Origin: Calditrichota bacterium
GTDB lineage: Bacteria > Calditrichota > Calditrichia > RBG-13-44-9 > J042
Reading direction: 5' to 3'
Assembly: GCA_013150955.1 (NCBI GenBank)
Contig: JAADJD010000005.1
Location: 31,096-95,095 of the forward strand
DNA length: 64,000 nt
Positions within the stretch are counted from its first letter, which is position 1. The number at the start of each line of letters is the position of its first letter. Made by a program: the position numbers and the translations under genes. Shown one piece after another: positions 1-9,904 of this stretch. The notes below the pieces were generated by a model. That model was not told where the DNA came from and searched no databases. It saw nothing but the letters and a program-made list of their open reading frames with translations.

Positions 1-71
1 ATCCAGTGAAATTGAAACGGGTGGTCATATTAAATCGAAATCAAATCATTGAATAGACGTGAGGTGAGGGT

Positions 72-398
72 ATGGTACACAGAATGATATTCATGATCCT
101 TGCGCTGGCAGCGGTTATACTGGCGCAACAAAATGCACCGCCTCAACAGGGGGCACAGGGAAATCAACCCGGTGTGATACAATTGGGGCCAGTTCAGATC
201 GAAGCGCGCATCGAATTGCCCCAGGTGCAAATTCTGGATAAGCGGATTGAACCGGAGTTCGAAGAAGTGCGTGCCGAGAAAAGTTTTGCCCTGGAACTGA
301 GAAGTGAGGTGGAGGCCATACGGTTTGTCCCCGTTACCAGCGGCAAGGTCGAGCCAATCAAAAATATCAATGCGTTATTAAACAAGAAACGATTTTAA
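72..398 (+). CDS. Small secreted protein, resembles GltF/CglF-like accessory proteins of Agl-Glt clusters
   Basis: Signal peptide, Q/P-rich linker and the motif VQIEARIELPQVQIL..R...F; directly upstream of exbB/exbD/exbD/tonB-like genes. The family resemblance is from recall. Confidence 0.55.
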   Translation: MVHRMIFMILALAAVILAQQNAPPQQGAQGNQPGVIQLGPVQIEARIELPQVQILDKRIEPEFEEVRAEKSFALELRSEVEAIRFVPVTSGKVEPIKNINALLNKKRF

Positions 399-457
399 CC
401 GAAAATAGAGCAATAAATTTCAAGTAAACACTTTTAACATAGTAAGGAGGTTTTAGC

Positions 458-1123
458 ATGACAACCACATTCTGGAGAGAATTCTTTGGGCAGTTTAAAC
501 CCGGTGTGGAAGGTGCCGCGTTTATGTGGTTAATCCTGGCCATGTTTGTGATAGCGGTAGCCATTGCGATTGAACGGATTTATTATGTGATGGTGCGTTC
601 CAATATTAACGCCGATAAATTTATGATGGAAATCCGAAAACTGGTGACCAGTGGAAACATTAAACGGGCAATTGAATTGTGTGAGCAGGGGAAGCAAAAG
701 GCCCTGCCTTATGTGGTGCTGGCGGGTCTGAGGCGGGTTGCCGAAAGTGATAGCCTGGATTTCCGCTCCATTCAAAATGCGGTTGATGAAGGAACCCTGG
801 AAGTCATTCCGAAGTTACAGAAACGTACGAATTATTTGTCCATGCTGGCCAATGTGGCTACACTCACGGGGCTGATGGGAACGATCTACGGTCTGATCAT
901 TTCGTTTAATGCCGTGGGTAATCCGGAAATCCCCGAAAAAGATAAATCGGCCATGTTAGCCAAGGGTATTGCAACGGCAATGAATACCACCATTTTTGGT
1001 CTGGGGGTGGCCATTCCCACGCTGATCGTGTACAATATCATTCAGAATAAAACGGCCCAGATCATTGACGAAATGGATGAGCATCTGGTGAAGTTGATCA
1101 ACTTAATCACGGGTAATCGATAA
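458..1123 (+). CDS. MotA/TolQ/ExbB proton channel protein (AglR-like)
   Basis: TM motifs LANVATLTGLMGTIYGLI and GIATAMNTTIFGLGVAIP; AAGGAGG RBS. Confidence 0.9.
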   Translation: MTTTFWREFFGQFKPGVEGAAFMWLILAMFVIAVAIAIERIYYVMVRSNINADKFMMEIRKLVTSGNIKRAIELCEQGKQKALPYVVLAGLRRVAESDSLDFRSIQNAVDEGTLEVIPKLQKRTNYLSMLANVATLTGLMGTIYGLIISFNAVGNPEIPEKDKSAMLAKGIATAMNTTIFGLGVAIPTLIVYNIIQNKTAQIIDEMDEHLVKLINLITGNR

Positions 1124-1140
1124 AAACGTAGGGTGAAAAT

Positions 1141-1689
1141 ATGGCTTATAAGCCTTCAATGCGGCGTCACTTAAAGATCCAGGAAATTCCCCTGGATATC
1201 CGTCCCGTCATGAATTTGATGGTGGTATTAATTCCCCTATTGCTCTCCAGTGCCGTCTTTACCAAATTGGCAATTCAGGAATTAAATTTACCGCCTGCCA
1301 AAGGGGGCACGGGAACAGGGACGGAAAAGCCCACAGAAGAGGAAAAGCGACTGGAATTAAAGGTTTTGATATCCAAACGCGGATTCTACATTGGATCCCG
1401 TGCCGGGTATTTAACCGGGGAGGCCAACACCGAAGCGGATCCAGCGGTTCCGCTTAACCCGGATGGGAGCTACGATTTCAAAACGTTGCAGCAAAAACTC
1501 ATCGAGATTAAGGAAAAAATCGCCGGCATGGGATTTACCGACGAGAAAATGGTCATCATATCGGCGGAAGCAGACATCGCCTATAAGCACATCGTAAAGG
1601 CAATCGATTACATATCCACTTACACCGATGAGGAAGGTCGGGAGCAGGAATTATTCCCGGCAATCGCCATTGGTCAGATATTAATGTAG
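1141..1689 (+). CDS. ExbD/TolR family protein 1
   Basis: N-terminal TM LDIRPVMNLMVVLIPLLL; C-terminal IISAEADIAYKHIVKAID. Confidence 0.85.
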   Translation: MAYKPSMRRHLKIQEIPLDIRPVMNLMVVLIPLLLSSAVFTKLAIQELNLPPAKGGTGTGTEKPTEEEKRLELKVLISKRGFYIGSRAGYLTGEANTEADPAVPLNPDGSYDFKTLQQKLIEIKEKIAGMGFTDEKMVIISAEADIAYKHIVKAIDYISTYTDEEGREQELFPAIAIGQILM

Positions 1690-1698
1690 GGGGTCACT

Positions 1699-2184
1699 AT
1701 GGCATTTATTCCATCCAGAAGAAAAAAACACGACACTTTCCGTAGGGAAGAACTGAACTTGACATCCATGATGGACATGATGACCATCATCCTCCTTTTC
1801 CTTCTGAAGACCTATTCCACCACCGGACTGATTGTAACGCCATCAAAAGACCTGACCCTCCCGTACTCCATGAGCGATGAGGCACCCAAAAAGGATTTGA
1901 GTGTCTCCATTACCCGTCAAAATATTCTGGTTGCGGATCAGGTGCTGATGTCAGTGGATGAAGTCAATCCCAATTCGCCTATCATAGAGCCGCTGTATCA
2001 GGTGTTAAAGAAATATGCAGACGAAGCCAAGGAAAACGAGATTAAATATGCCATTCCATTCAATCACGAGGTGATTATTCAGGGGGACCAGGAAACGCCA
2101 TTTGACTTACTGGTAAAGGTGTTGTATACTTGTGGACAGACGGAATTTTATAAATTAAGGCTTTTAACTTATCAAGAAAAATAA
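1699..2184 (+). CDS. ExbD/TolR family protein 2 (AglS-like)
   Basis: LNLTSMMDMMTIILLFLLK TM with the conserved Asp; IQGDQETPFDLLVKVLYT. Confidence 0.88.
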   Translation: MAFIPSRRKKHDTFRREELNLTSMMDMMTIILLFLLKTYSTTGLIVTPSKDLTLPYSMSDEAPKKDLSVSITRQNILVADQVLMSVDEVNPNSPIIEPLYQVLKKYADEAKENEIKYAIPFNHEVIIQGDQETPFDLLVKVLYTCGQTEFYKLRLLTYQEK

Positions 2185-2204
2185 ACCAGGAGCCTCGGTG
2201 TAAT

Positions 2205-3266
2205 ATGGAAACAAGGAGAGGAGTTCGAAGCGGGGCTGGTTTTCAACTGGCCGGCTTCCCGAAGGAATTTGAAAGAAATATATGGGAAGAGCTGGATAAA
2301 CGGTTCTGGTCAATTTTACTGATAACCTGGGTCGTGTCATTCGGATTGGCGTTTTATTTATCCAATAAAGAATGGCATATCAGCGAAGAAGAAATTGCCA
2401 AGTTGAAAGAAAAAGTGATCCGAACGGTTTATTCGGATATTATCATAACTGAGGAGCCGGCGGTGGAAGAGACGGGGATCGAAGGTCCCGGTATGGCGGA
2501 AGAGCAGAAGGCCGAGGAAAAGGAGATTAGTGAAGAGGGCAAAAAGATTGTTGAGGAATCGGTTGCGGAGCGGGTGCAGCGACGTCGGCGTGCCAGGAAA
2601 TCGCGGGCGCAGCGGACGCGTCAGATGGAGCAGGCGGTGGCTTCTACGGGTATTCTGGCCGTGGCCACAGCAGCCGGTGGCGGTGGTGGCGGTGACGTCG
2701 GGTTTGCCGATGTGTTGAAAGACGTAGGGGGTGCAGGTGGTGTGGCTGATATTGGAAAGGTGGTTGAAGGAACTTCCGGATTGGTGGCTGCCACCAGCAG
2801 CAAGGAACGGACCCGGGTGGCCAAAGGCGGTGGCTATCGGGGTGCGGGTGAAGGTGTGGGAATTGACGATTTGATTGAAGGTGAAGGCGTATCCCGTTCG
2901 GCCTCTTTCCGACGGCGCGGGGAGATCAAACTGGCCGCCAGTGATCTGGGACTGTCCGGAGCAGCCACAGGAGCGGCTTCCCGTGATCCCGAAAGCCTGA
3001 TGCTGGTAATCAATCAAAATAAGGGATCCGTCGAATACTGTATTCAAAAGAGTTTGAAGGTTAATCCCAGCTTAAAAGGCCGCATCGATCTGGAGCTGGA
3101 GATTGATCCCAATGGCCGGGTGGTAAAAGTGCGGGTGATCAAGTCCACCATTCCAGATAAAAAATTGGAACGGTGTATCCTGCGTACGGTAAAACGCTGG
3201 CGAGGCTTTGGGAAGATTGATCCCACTTACGGAAACTTGCGATTGCGATTGCCGTTCATCATTTAA
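2205..3266 (+). CDS. TonB-like energy transducer with AgmX/PglI (GltG/GltJ-type) C-terminal domain
   Basis: Single N-terminal TM, charged and Gly-rich linker, TonB_C-like domain with a Cys pair (VEYCIQKSLKVNPSLKGRI...LERCILRTVKRW). Confidence 0.8.
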   Translation: METRRGVRSGAGFQLAGFPKEFERNIWEELDKRFWSILLITWVVSFGLAFYLSNKEWHISEEEIAKLKEKVIRTVYSDIIITEEPAVEETGIEGPGMAEEQKAEEKEISEEGKKIVEESVAERVQRRRRARKSRAQRTRQMEQAVASTGILAVATAAGGGGGGDVGFADVLKDVGGAGGVADIGKVVEGTSGLVAATSSKERTRVAKGGGYRGAGEGVGIDDLIEGEGVSRSASFRRRGEIKLAASDLGLSGAATGAASRDPESLMLVINQNKGSVEYCIQKSLKVNPSLKGRIDLELEIDPNGRVVKVRVIKSTIPDKKLERCILRTVKRWRGFGKIDPTYGNLRLRLPFII

Positions 3267-3298
3267 TCAGTGCAAAAAACAATTAATACGACGTTTAT

Positions 3299-3326
3299 AA
3301 AAAACCTGCCTTGTGCAGGTTTTTTT
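3299..3326. terminator. Bidirectional intrinsic terminator
   Basis: AAAAAACCTGC-CTTGT-GCAGGTTTTTT between convergent genes. Confidence 0.8.
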
Positions 3327-3381
3327 ATTCCCCAATTTGCATTCGCCTAAGAATCGCACGAGTGAATACGAACAAAAATAA

Positions 3382-3548
3382 TCCCAAAAAATGCGTTAAA
3401 CCACGCATCACGCGAATGAATTCGAAAAAAATCAACAAAATCGCGAATATATCCGTGAAAACATTTTCATCCAGATAGAATCAGGTGCATTCTATTATTT
3501 TCATTGGTGTCCATTCGTGTAATTCGTAGGCGAATGCTTAATCTGGGT
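3382..3548 (-). mobile_element. 167-bp MITE-like element; an extra arm precedes it at ~3329-3378
   Basis: TIR-bounded copy with flanks TAA/TCA; the TCA is the arsC TGA stop. Confidence 0.75.
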
Positions 3549-3989
3549 TCAAATATTCGAAGAAGTGGACGGTCGCAAACGGGTGAAATAAAATTCCGTA
3601 AACGTTTTTCGAATTTGATCCCGGATACGGCGAAAGGTGGACAGAATCTCCCCGGAAGTTCCCGTGGCCCGGGCCGGATCTTCAAAGCCGAAATGAAGGC
3701 GTTGTCCCACCTGTCCCGGAAACACCGGACACGTCTCCCGGGCATCATCACACACAGTGATCACGTAGTCGAAGTTCATACTCAGGAATTCAGACACCGA
3801 TTTTGGTCGTGCTGTAGAAAGGTCGATACCAATCTCCCGCATGACCTGGATGGCAAGCGGATGAACCTGTTCTGCTGGCCGGGTACCGGCGGAGTACACT
3901 TCCAGTTGAGGATCCAGGGATTTTAAGATCCCTTCCGCCATCTGACTACGACAGGAGTTACCCGTGCACAGGATCAATATTCGGTACAT
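3549..3989 (-). CDS. arsC: Arsenate reductase (LMW-PTP/thioredoxin type)
   Basis: CTGNSCRSQMAEG P-loop; TVCD...CPVFP; FEDP. Confidence 0.9.
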   Translation of the reverse strand: MYRILILCTGNSCRSQMAEGILKSLDPQLEVYSAGTRPAEQVHPLAIQVMREIGIDLSTARPKSVSEFLSMNFDYVITVCDDARETCPVFPGQVGQRLHFGFEDPARATGTSGEILSTFRRIRDQIRKTFTEFYFTRLRPSTSSNI

Positions 3990-4355
3990 AAATATTCCAT
4001 TATTAAGTTAGATAAGAAGTTAAAGTCCACCACCTGTTTGAGCAAACGATAATCATCGTTTTTGTGTTCGGTGTGGGATCCTTCATCCATTTCCCACCAG
4101 TTTTTTGTACCATCGCCTGGTGATAGCCTTATGTTACGGATTGATCTTGAATAAAAAATATCTAAGTGACCAATTAAATTTAGTCGCGATCTGTGTTTGG
4201 GGATTGGGGTGGAATAACGAGTCGAGGATCAGGAAGAAATCCGGACTTCCTGAAAATTGGATTTTCAAACAATTTTTTAAACCTTGTGAAATTTTTGATA
4301 TTCCGTTAAATTAAAGTTTATGATTTTAATGTAAAACAAAGGGGATGATGTCGGC

Positions 4356-6122
4356 GTGAAGCTCAAGCGTACGCACACCTGTGGTGAATTAAATTTATCC
4401 CATACCGGACAAAAAGTGGTGTTAAATGGCTGGGTCGATAACTGGCGAGATCACGGTGGCATTATTTTTATTGATTTGCGGGATCGGTATGGAAAGACCC
4501 AGGTGGTGTTTTACCCGGAGAATGCAGATATTTATGCCACCGCCAAAAAATTGCGTTCGGAGTACGTCATTGCAGTAAAAGGGGAGGTCCAGGCGCGCCC
4601 TCCGGAAGCGGTAAATCCCAACCTTTCCACCGGGGAAATTGAAGTCCGGGTGGAAGCGCTGGAACTGTTGAATGTCAGTCAGGTGCCACCGTTTGAAATT
4701 AAGGATTATGTGGATGCTTCGGAAGATCTGCGCTTGCGCTATCGTTATCTGGACTTACGCCGTCCCAAATTGCAACGGAACATTTTATTGCGACATCGAT
4801 TGGCACAATTTACCCGACAGTTTTTCGATCAGGAAGGATTCGTTGAGATTGAAACCCCTTTTCTAACCAAAAGTACACCGGAAGGGGCCCGGGATTTTCT
4901 GGTGCCATCTCGATTGCATCGTGGGAAGTTTTACGCATTGCCCCAATCCCCGCAAACTTACAAACAAATCCTGATGGTTTCTGGGTTCGATAAATATTTC
5001 CAGATAGTCAAGTGCTTCCGCGATGAGGATCTTCGAAAAGATCGACAACCGGAATTCACCCAGATTGACATCGAGATGTCGTTTGTGGATGAGGATGATG
5101 TGATGGGCGTGGTAGAGCGCTACATCCAGCAACTGTTCAAACAGCTTTTTGATGAGGACATTCCCATCCCTTTTCCGCGAATTCCATATCACGAAGCCAT
5201 GGAACGATTTGGCAGCGATAAACCCGATTTGCGGTTTGGATTGGAATTGAATGAAGTCACTCCCCTATTTTCGAACACGGCGTTTAATGTTTTCGCTTCG
5301 GTGGTGAAGGCAAAGGGGTATATTGGTGCGCTGGTTGTTCCCCAGGCCAGTTCGTATAGCCGGAAGCAGATTGAGCAACTGGGGAAATACATCGAAAGTC
5401 TGGGAGGGAAGGGTCTGGCGCATGTGAAATTTATGAATGGGCAACTGGAAGGGGGCATAAGTAAGTTTTTATCCGCAGATGAACACCAGGCGCTCAAAAC
5501 TCAGCTATCCCTGAAAGACGATGCATTAATTTTAATGGTTGCCGATACGCATCGTGAATTTGCTCAGACGCTGCTGGGGAGTTTGCGGTTGCGTCTGGCA
5601 GAAGAGCTGGATCTGATTGACAAAAGTGTGAAAAAATTTCACTGGGTGGTGGATTTCCCGTTGCTGGAATACGATGAGGAGGAACAGCGATACGTAGCCC
5701 GACACCATCCGTTTACCTCACCTAAGTTAGAAGATATTAACAAGTTAGAAAGCCAACCCGAAGAAGTGCGGGCCCGAGCATACGACTTGATCTTTAATGG
5801 CAATGAAATTGCAGGGGGAAGTATTCGTATTCATACGCGTGAGATGCAGGAGAAGATGTTTCGTCTATTAAAGATTGAACCGGATGAGGCAGAACGTAAA
5901 TTTGGATTTCTGATGGAAGCGTTCCAGTATGGGGCGCCTCCGCACGGGGGAATTGCCTTTGGATTCGACCGGCTGGTCATGCTGATTGCGGATACGCCGT
6001 CCATTCGGGATGTGATTGCGTTTCCCAAAACGGCCAGTGCGGTGGGGTTAATGGAAAATACCCCATCCGAAGTGGATCCGCAGCAACTCAAAGAATTGGG
6101 GATTTCCATTGAAAATAAATAA
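4356..6122 (+). CDS. aspS: Aspartate--tRNA ligase
   Basis: RTHTCGEL, RDHGG..FIDLRD, ALPQSPQ..KQ, CFRDED.R.DRQPEFTQ, GAPPHGGIAFGFDR. Confidence 0.97.
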   Translation: MKLKRTHTCGELNLSHTGQKVVLNGWVDNWRDHGGIIFIDLRDRYGKTQVVFYPENADIYATAKKLRSEYVIAVKGEVQARPPEAVNPNLSTGEIEVRVEALELLNVSQVPPFEIKDYVDASEDLRLRYRYLDLRRPKLQRNILLRHRLAQFTRQFFDQEGFVEIETPFLTKSTPEGARDFLVPSRLHRGKFYALPQSPQTYKQILMVSGFDKYFQIVKCFRDEDLRKDRQPEFTQIDIEMSFVDEDDVMGVVERYIQQLFKQLFDEDIPIPFPRIPYHEAMERFGSDKPDLRFGLELNEVTPLFSNTAFNVFASVVKAKGYIGALVVPQASSYSRKQIEQLGKYIESLGGKGLAHVKFMNGQLEGGISKFLSADEHQALKTQLSLKDDALILMVADTHREFAQTLLGSLRLRLAEELDLIDKSVKKFHWVVDFPLLEYDEEEQRYVARHHPFTSPKLEDINKLESQPEEVRARAYDLIFNGNEIAGGSIRIHTREMQEKMFRLLKIEPDEAERKFGFLMEAFQYGAPPHGGIAFGFDRLVMLIADTPSIRDVIAFPKTASAVGLMENTPSEVDPQQLKELGISIENK

Positions 6123-6143
6123 TTTTGCTTTTCCAATTGTCTC

Positions 6144-6172
6144 TTGACAAAAAAATTAATCTTTAGTATCTT
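6144..6172 (+). promoter_or_regulatory. Sigma70-type promoter
   Basis: TTGACA-17 nt-TATCTT upstream of the ATG at 6210. Confidence 0.6.
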
Positions 6173-6209
6173 AACTTAACTAAATCAAGAAATTAAGAGG
6201 AGGCTTGTT

Positions 6210-6491
6210 ATGAAAAACTCGAAAAAAGTGGTAGCGCTTCTACTTTCGGCAAGTATGGCGTTGTCCTTACTGTTGAGTACCGGTTGTGCCCGTCATCCCA
6301 ATGAGGAACAGATTCGTGTTCTGGAAGAAACCCGTGCTGCCGCTCTCGCCGCTGAAAAACAACTGGAAGAAAAGCGTCAGGAACGCATGAAGCTTGAAAA
6401 ACAGCTGGAAGAAAAAAAGCAAATGCTGGAAAAAGCCAAGAAAGAACGTGATGAAGTGAAGAAACGCATTGAAGCCACGAAAAGTGAATAA
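6210..6491 (+). CDS. Small coiled-coil lipoprotein
   Basis: Lipobox LSTG-C followed by an E/K/Q-rich helix; GAGGAGG RBS. Confidence 0.75.
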   Translation: MKNSKKVVALLLSASMALSLLLSTGCARHPNEEQIRVLEETRAAALAAEKQLEEKRQERMKLEKQLEEKKQMLEKAKKERDEVKKRIEATKSE

Positions 6492-6513
6492 TTAAGGTGA
6501 GAGGAGGCAAAAA

Positions 6514-7362
6514 ATGAAAAATAAAGTTGCTTTAATTGCAATACTGGTCCTTTCCGTATTTGCATTTAACCTGTTTGCCCAACAGTACAGCTATGATTAT
6601 AAGACCATGAGCATGGATGAGTATAAGGCGGAATTGGCCAAATGGCAGCAGCGGGAAGCGGATGCCAAGGCAGCAATCGCTGAGGAAGAGGCCAAAATTG
6701 CGAAATTGAAAGAAGAGATTGCGGCCGTGGAAAAGGAAATCGATGCAGTTTATAACGAAATTTACGCGTTACTGGAAACCGACGAAGCCGGTTATAAGGC
6801 TTTCCTGGAACAGCTCAAATCCTTCGAAAATGATCTGCAGGCCTTTACGGCGCTGTCCCCCGAAGAAATTTATGAAAAACGTTCCGAGCTGGATGCGTTT
6901 AAAGCTCGCCTGGAAGAGCTGAAAAAAGATAAACGTAGTCTGGGTGTGGAAGCAAATGAAACCCTGAGCCGGATTGAAAACCTTATTGCCCAGGCGGAAA
7001 AGAAGGCTCAGCCGGCAGCGGCCGGACGCTACGAGGTTCAGCGTGGGGATTATCTGTGGAAAATCGCCAAACGTCCCGATGTGTACGGCGATCCGTATGC
7101 ATGGATCCGAATTTACACGGCCAATAAGGATCAAATTAAAAATCCGGATTTAATTTATCCCCGTCAGGTATTCCGGATTCCCAAAGTGGCCGGCCCCAAT
7201 GAATACTGGGTGGAGCGAGGGGATTACCTGAGCAAGATTGCTGGACTGGCCAATGTCTATGGAAATCCCTTTAATTGGCAGAAAATTTACGAAGCCAACC
7301 GCGATGTGATCTCGGATCCGAATCTGATTTATCCGTACATGATTCTGGTGATTCCCCGTTAA
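6514..7362 (+). CDS. Secreted coiled-coil protein with two C-terminal LysM domains
   Basis: Signal peptide; YEVQRGDYLWKIA...NPDLIYP and YWVERGDYLSKIA...DPNLIYP. Confidence 0.9.
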   Translation: MKNKVALIAILVLSVFAFNLFAQQYSYDYKTMSMDEYKAELAKWQQREADAKAAIAEEEAKIAKLKEEIAAVEKEIDAVYNEIYALLETDEAGYKAFLEQLKSFENDLQAFTALSPEEIYEKRSELDAFKARLEELKKDKRSLGVEANETLSRIENLIAQAEKKAQPAAAGRYEVQRGDYLWKIAKRPDVYGDPYAWIRIYTANKDQIKNPDLIYPRQVFRIPKVAGPNEYWVERGDYLSKIAGLANVYGNPFNWQKIYEANRDVISDPNLIYPYMILVIPR

Positions 7363-7392
7363 TTAAATCGAAGCATGAAGCGGCATAAAAAT

Positions 7393-7425
7393 AAAAGGCT
7401 CTTGGGTTCTACCAAGAGCCTTTTT
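7393..7425 (+). terminator. Intrinsic terminator
   Basis: AAAAGGCTCTTGG-GTTCTA-CCAAGAGCCTTTTT. Confidence 0.8.
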
Positions 7426-7470
7426 AATTTTTATTCGCACCTAAATTTATAGGAGGACATCGAGGAGAAG

Positions 7471-8445
7471 TTGGAAAAGGTATTCAAGCTGGAAAAAGTC
7501 GATCCCCTGATATTGTTAGGATATCAGGATCAAAATTTAAAGATTATAGAGAGGCATTTTCCGGTTCAAATCATTGCGCGTGGGAATCAAATCAAATTAA
7601 TCGGACCGGATGCGGAAGTGGAGCAGGTCGAAAATGTGTTGTCCGAACTGGTATTTCTGGCCAATCGCAATAAAACGGTCACCCCAGAAGATGTCGAGAC
7701 CGTGGTGCACGTTGTTAAAGCCCATACCCCGGTGATTGAAGGCACCGTAGAAGCGGAAAAAACGGTAAGCCGATCGCGGGAACTGGATGAGGTTATCTTG
7801 TTTACCAAAAGGGGCTTTGTTAAACCCCGCACACCGGGACAGCGGCGCATTGTGGAGGCCATTCGCGACTACGACATCGTGGTGGTGATTGGTCCTGCAG
7901 GCACCGGAAAAACGTACCTGGCCGTGGCTCTGGCCGTGGCCGCGTTGAAAAATAAGGAAGTCAACAAAATTGTGCTGGCCCGTCCCGCCGTGGAAGCCGG
8001 AGAAAGTCTGGGATACCTGCCCGGTGATTTTCGGGAGAAGATTGATCCGTACCTGCGGCCACTATATGATGCCCTGGAAGAAATGTTACCCCGCGAATTG
8101 ATCCGAAAATACATGGAGCAGGGGGTAATCGAGGTCATTCCGCTGGCCTATATGCGGGGACGAACCTTGAACAATGCCTTTGTGATTTTAGATGAGGCCC
8201 AGAATGCCACCTCTCTTCAAATGAAAATGTTTTTGACCCGATTGGGCATCAATTCCCGTGCCATCATTAATGGCGATATTACCCAAATCGATTTACCGGA
8301 TAAAAACAACTCTGGCTTGCTGGAAATTCAGGAAGTATTGAAGGATGTGGAAGGCATTGCTTTTATTTATCTGGACCGACAGGATGTGGTTCGCCACCGG
8401 CTGGTGCGCGATATCATCCATGCTTATGATGCATATAAAAAATGA
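7471..8445 (+). CDS. phoH: PhoH-like ATPase (YbeZ family)
   Basis: GPAGTGKT, RPAVEAGE.LGYLPG, PLAYMRGRTL, ILDEAQN. Confidence 0.93.
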   Translation: MEKVFKLEKVDPLILLGYQDQNLKIIERHFPVQIIARGNQIKLIGPDAEVEQVENVLSELVFLANRNKTVTPEDVETVVHVVKAHTPVIEGTVEAEKTVSRSRELDEVILFTKRGFVKPRTPGQRRIVEAIRDYDIVVVIGPAGTGKTYLAVALAVAALKNKEVNKIVLARPAVEAGESLGYLPGDFREKIDPYLRPLYDALEEMLPRELIRKYMEQGVIEVIPLAYMRGRTLNNAFVILDEAQNATSLQMKMFLTRLGINSRAIINGDITQIDLPDKNNSGLLEIQEVLKDVEGIAFIYLDRQDVVRHRLVRDIIHAYDAYKK

Positions 8446-8456
8446 AGGAGAACCTT

Positions 8457-9641
8457 ATGGGCAACTCGCGAGAAGTCGTTATCGTATCTGCCGTTCGAAC
8501 ACCTATTGGAAGCTTTAATGGAGCGCTGGCATCGTTAACGGCTCCCCAGCTCGGTAGTCTGGTAATTAAGGAAGCGCTGAAGCGGGCGGGATTGAAAAAC
8601 GAGGATGTCGATGCGGTAATTATGGGAAACGTATTGACAGCGGGTGTTGGACAGGCGCCTGCCAGACAGGCCGCTATTTTTGCCGGTTTGCCGACCAGCG
8701 TGGATTGTATGACCATTAACAAAGTGTGTGGTTCCGGACTCAAAGCCGTGATGCTGGCCCGAAACGAAATTGCACTGAATGAAGCCGATGTGGTGGTGGC
8801 CGGCGGCATGGAGAGCATGAGCAACGCTCCTTATTTATTATCAAAAGCGCGTTTTGGGTATCGGATGGGACATGGGCAGTTGATCGACAGCATGATAAAC
8901 GATGGATTGTGGGACGTTTACAATAACTTTCACATGGGCAATGCGGCCGAACTCTGTGCCCGTGAATGTCAGGTCCCCCGTGAGGCCCAGGATGAATTCG
9001 CCGTTCTGAGTTACAGGCGGGCTTTAGAAGCGCAGGAGAAAGGGTATTTCAAAGAAGAAATCGTTCCGGTGACGGTCAAAGAAAAGAAAGGGGAACGGAT
9101 TGTGGAACAGGACGAGGAACCGGGAAAAGTGAAGTTCGAGAAAATTCCCAATCTCCGCCCTGCATTTGAGGAGCAGGGTACCATTACCGCAGCCAATGCA
9201 TCGAAGATTAATGATGGGGCTGCGGCAGTGGTTGTGATGTCTGCCGAGGCGGCAGAGAGACACGGAATCCAGCCAATGGCCCGAATCGTTGCGCAGGCAA
9301 CTGCATCAAAAGATCCGGAATGGTTTACCACCGCACCGGCGGATGCCATTGAAAAGGTACTGAAGAAGGCCAATTTAACCAAGGACGACATTGACCTTTA
9401 TGAGATTAATGAAGCGTTTGCGGTGGTCACGCTGGCGGTGAATAAAATTCTGGGTCTGGATGTCAATAAGGTGAACATTGCGGGAGGTGCGGTGGCATTG
9501 GGACATCCCATTGGTGCCAGTGGGGCACGCATTTTGACAACCTTGCTTTATAATTTAAAGCGCACTGGCGGAAAACGGGGACTGGCTTCACTGTGTATCG
9601 GTGGTGGCGAGGCTGTGGCTGTGATTGTTGAAATGTTATAG
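8457..9641 (+). CDS. Acetyl-CoA C-acetyltransferase (thiolase)
   Basis: NKVCGSG, NEAF, GHPIGASG, CIGGG; start placed at the ATG after AAGGAG. Confidence 0.95.
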   Translation: MGNSREVVIVSAVRTPIGSFNGALASLTAPQLGSLVIKEALKRAGLKNEDVDAVIMGNVLTAGVGQAPARQAAIFAGLPTSVDCMTINKVCGSGLKAVMLARNEIALNEADVVVAGGMESMSNAPYLLSKARFGYRMGHGQLIDSMINDGLWDVYNNFHMGNAAELCARECQVPREAQDEFAVLSYRRALEAQEKGYFKEEIVPVTVKEKKGERIVEQDEEPGKVKFEKIPNLRPAFEEQGTITAANASKINDGAAAVVVMSAEAAERHGIQPMARIVAQATASKDPEWFTTAPADAIEKVLKKANLTKDDIDLYEINEAFAVVTLAVNKILGLDVNKVNIAGGAVALGHPIGASGARILTTLLYNLKRTGGKRGLASLCIGGGEAVAVIVEML

Positions 9642-9680
9642 GAAGTTTACCGCTGAATATACCTGGAAAAAAACCACACT

Positions 9681-9721
9681 TTGCCGGGATGTTCCCACGG
9701 GGAACATCCCGGCAATTTTTT
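9681..9721 (+). terminator. Intrinsic terminator
   Basis: TTGCCGGGATGTTCCC-ACG-GGGAACATCCCGGCAA followed by a T run. Confidence 0.8.
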
Positions 9722-9904
9722 GTGGGGGATGTGGGGACGGGAAGGTTGGTGTCATTGATGGTATTAATCAAAAGTTTACATAAGTCAACAAAAAATGAAG
9801 AGTTACAGCACCAGAAAAATGGGTGAAATTGACGGAGCGCACTTTTTAAAAATTTTTCTCGATGTATTTTTCACAAATTGCAGTTGGAAAATGGAGTATG
9901 GTCC

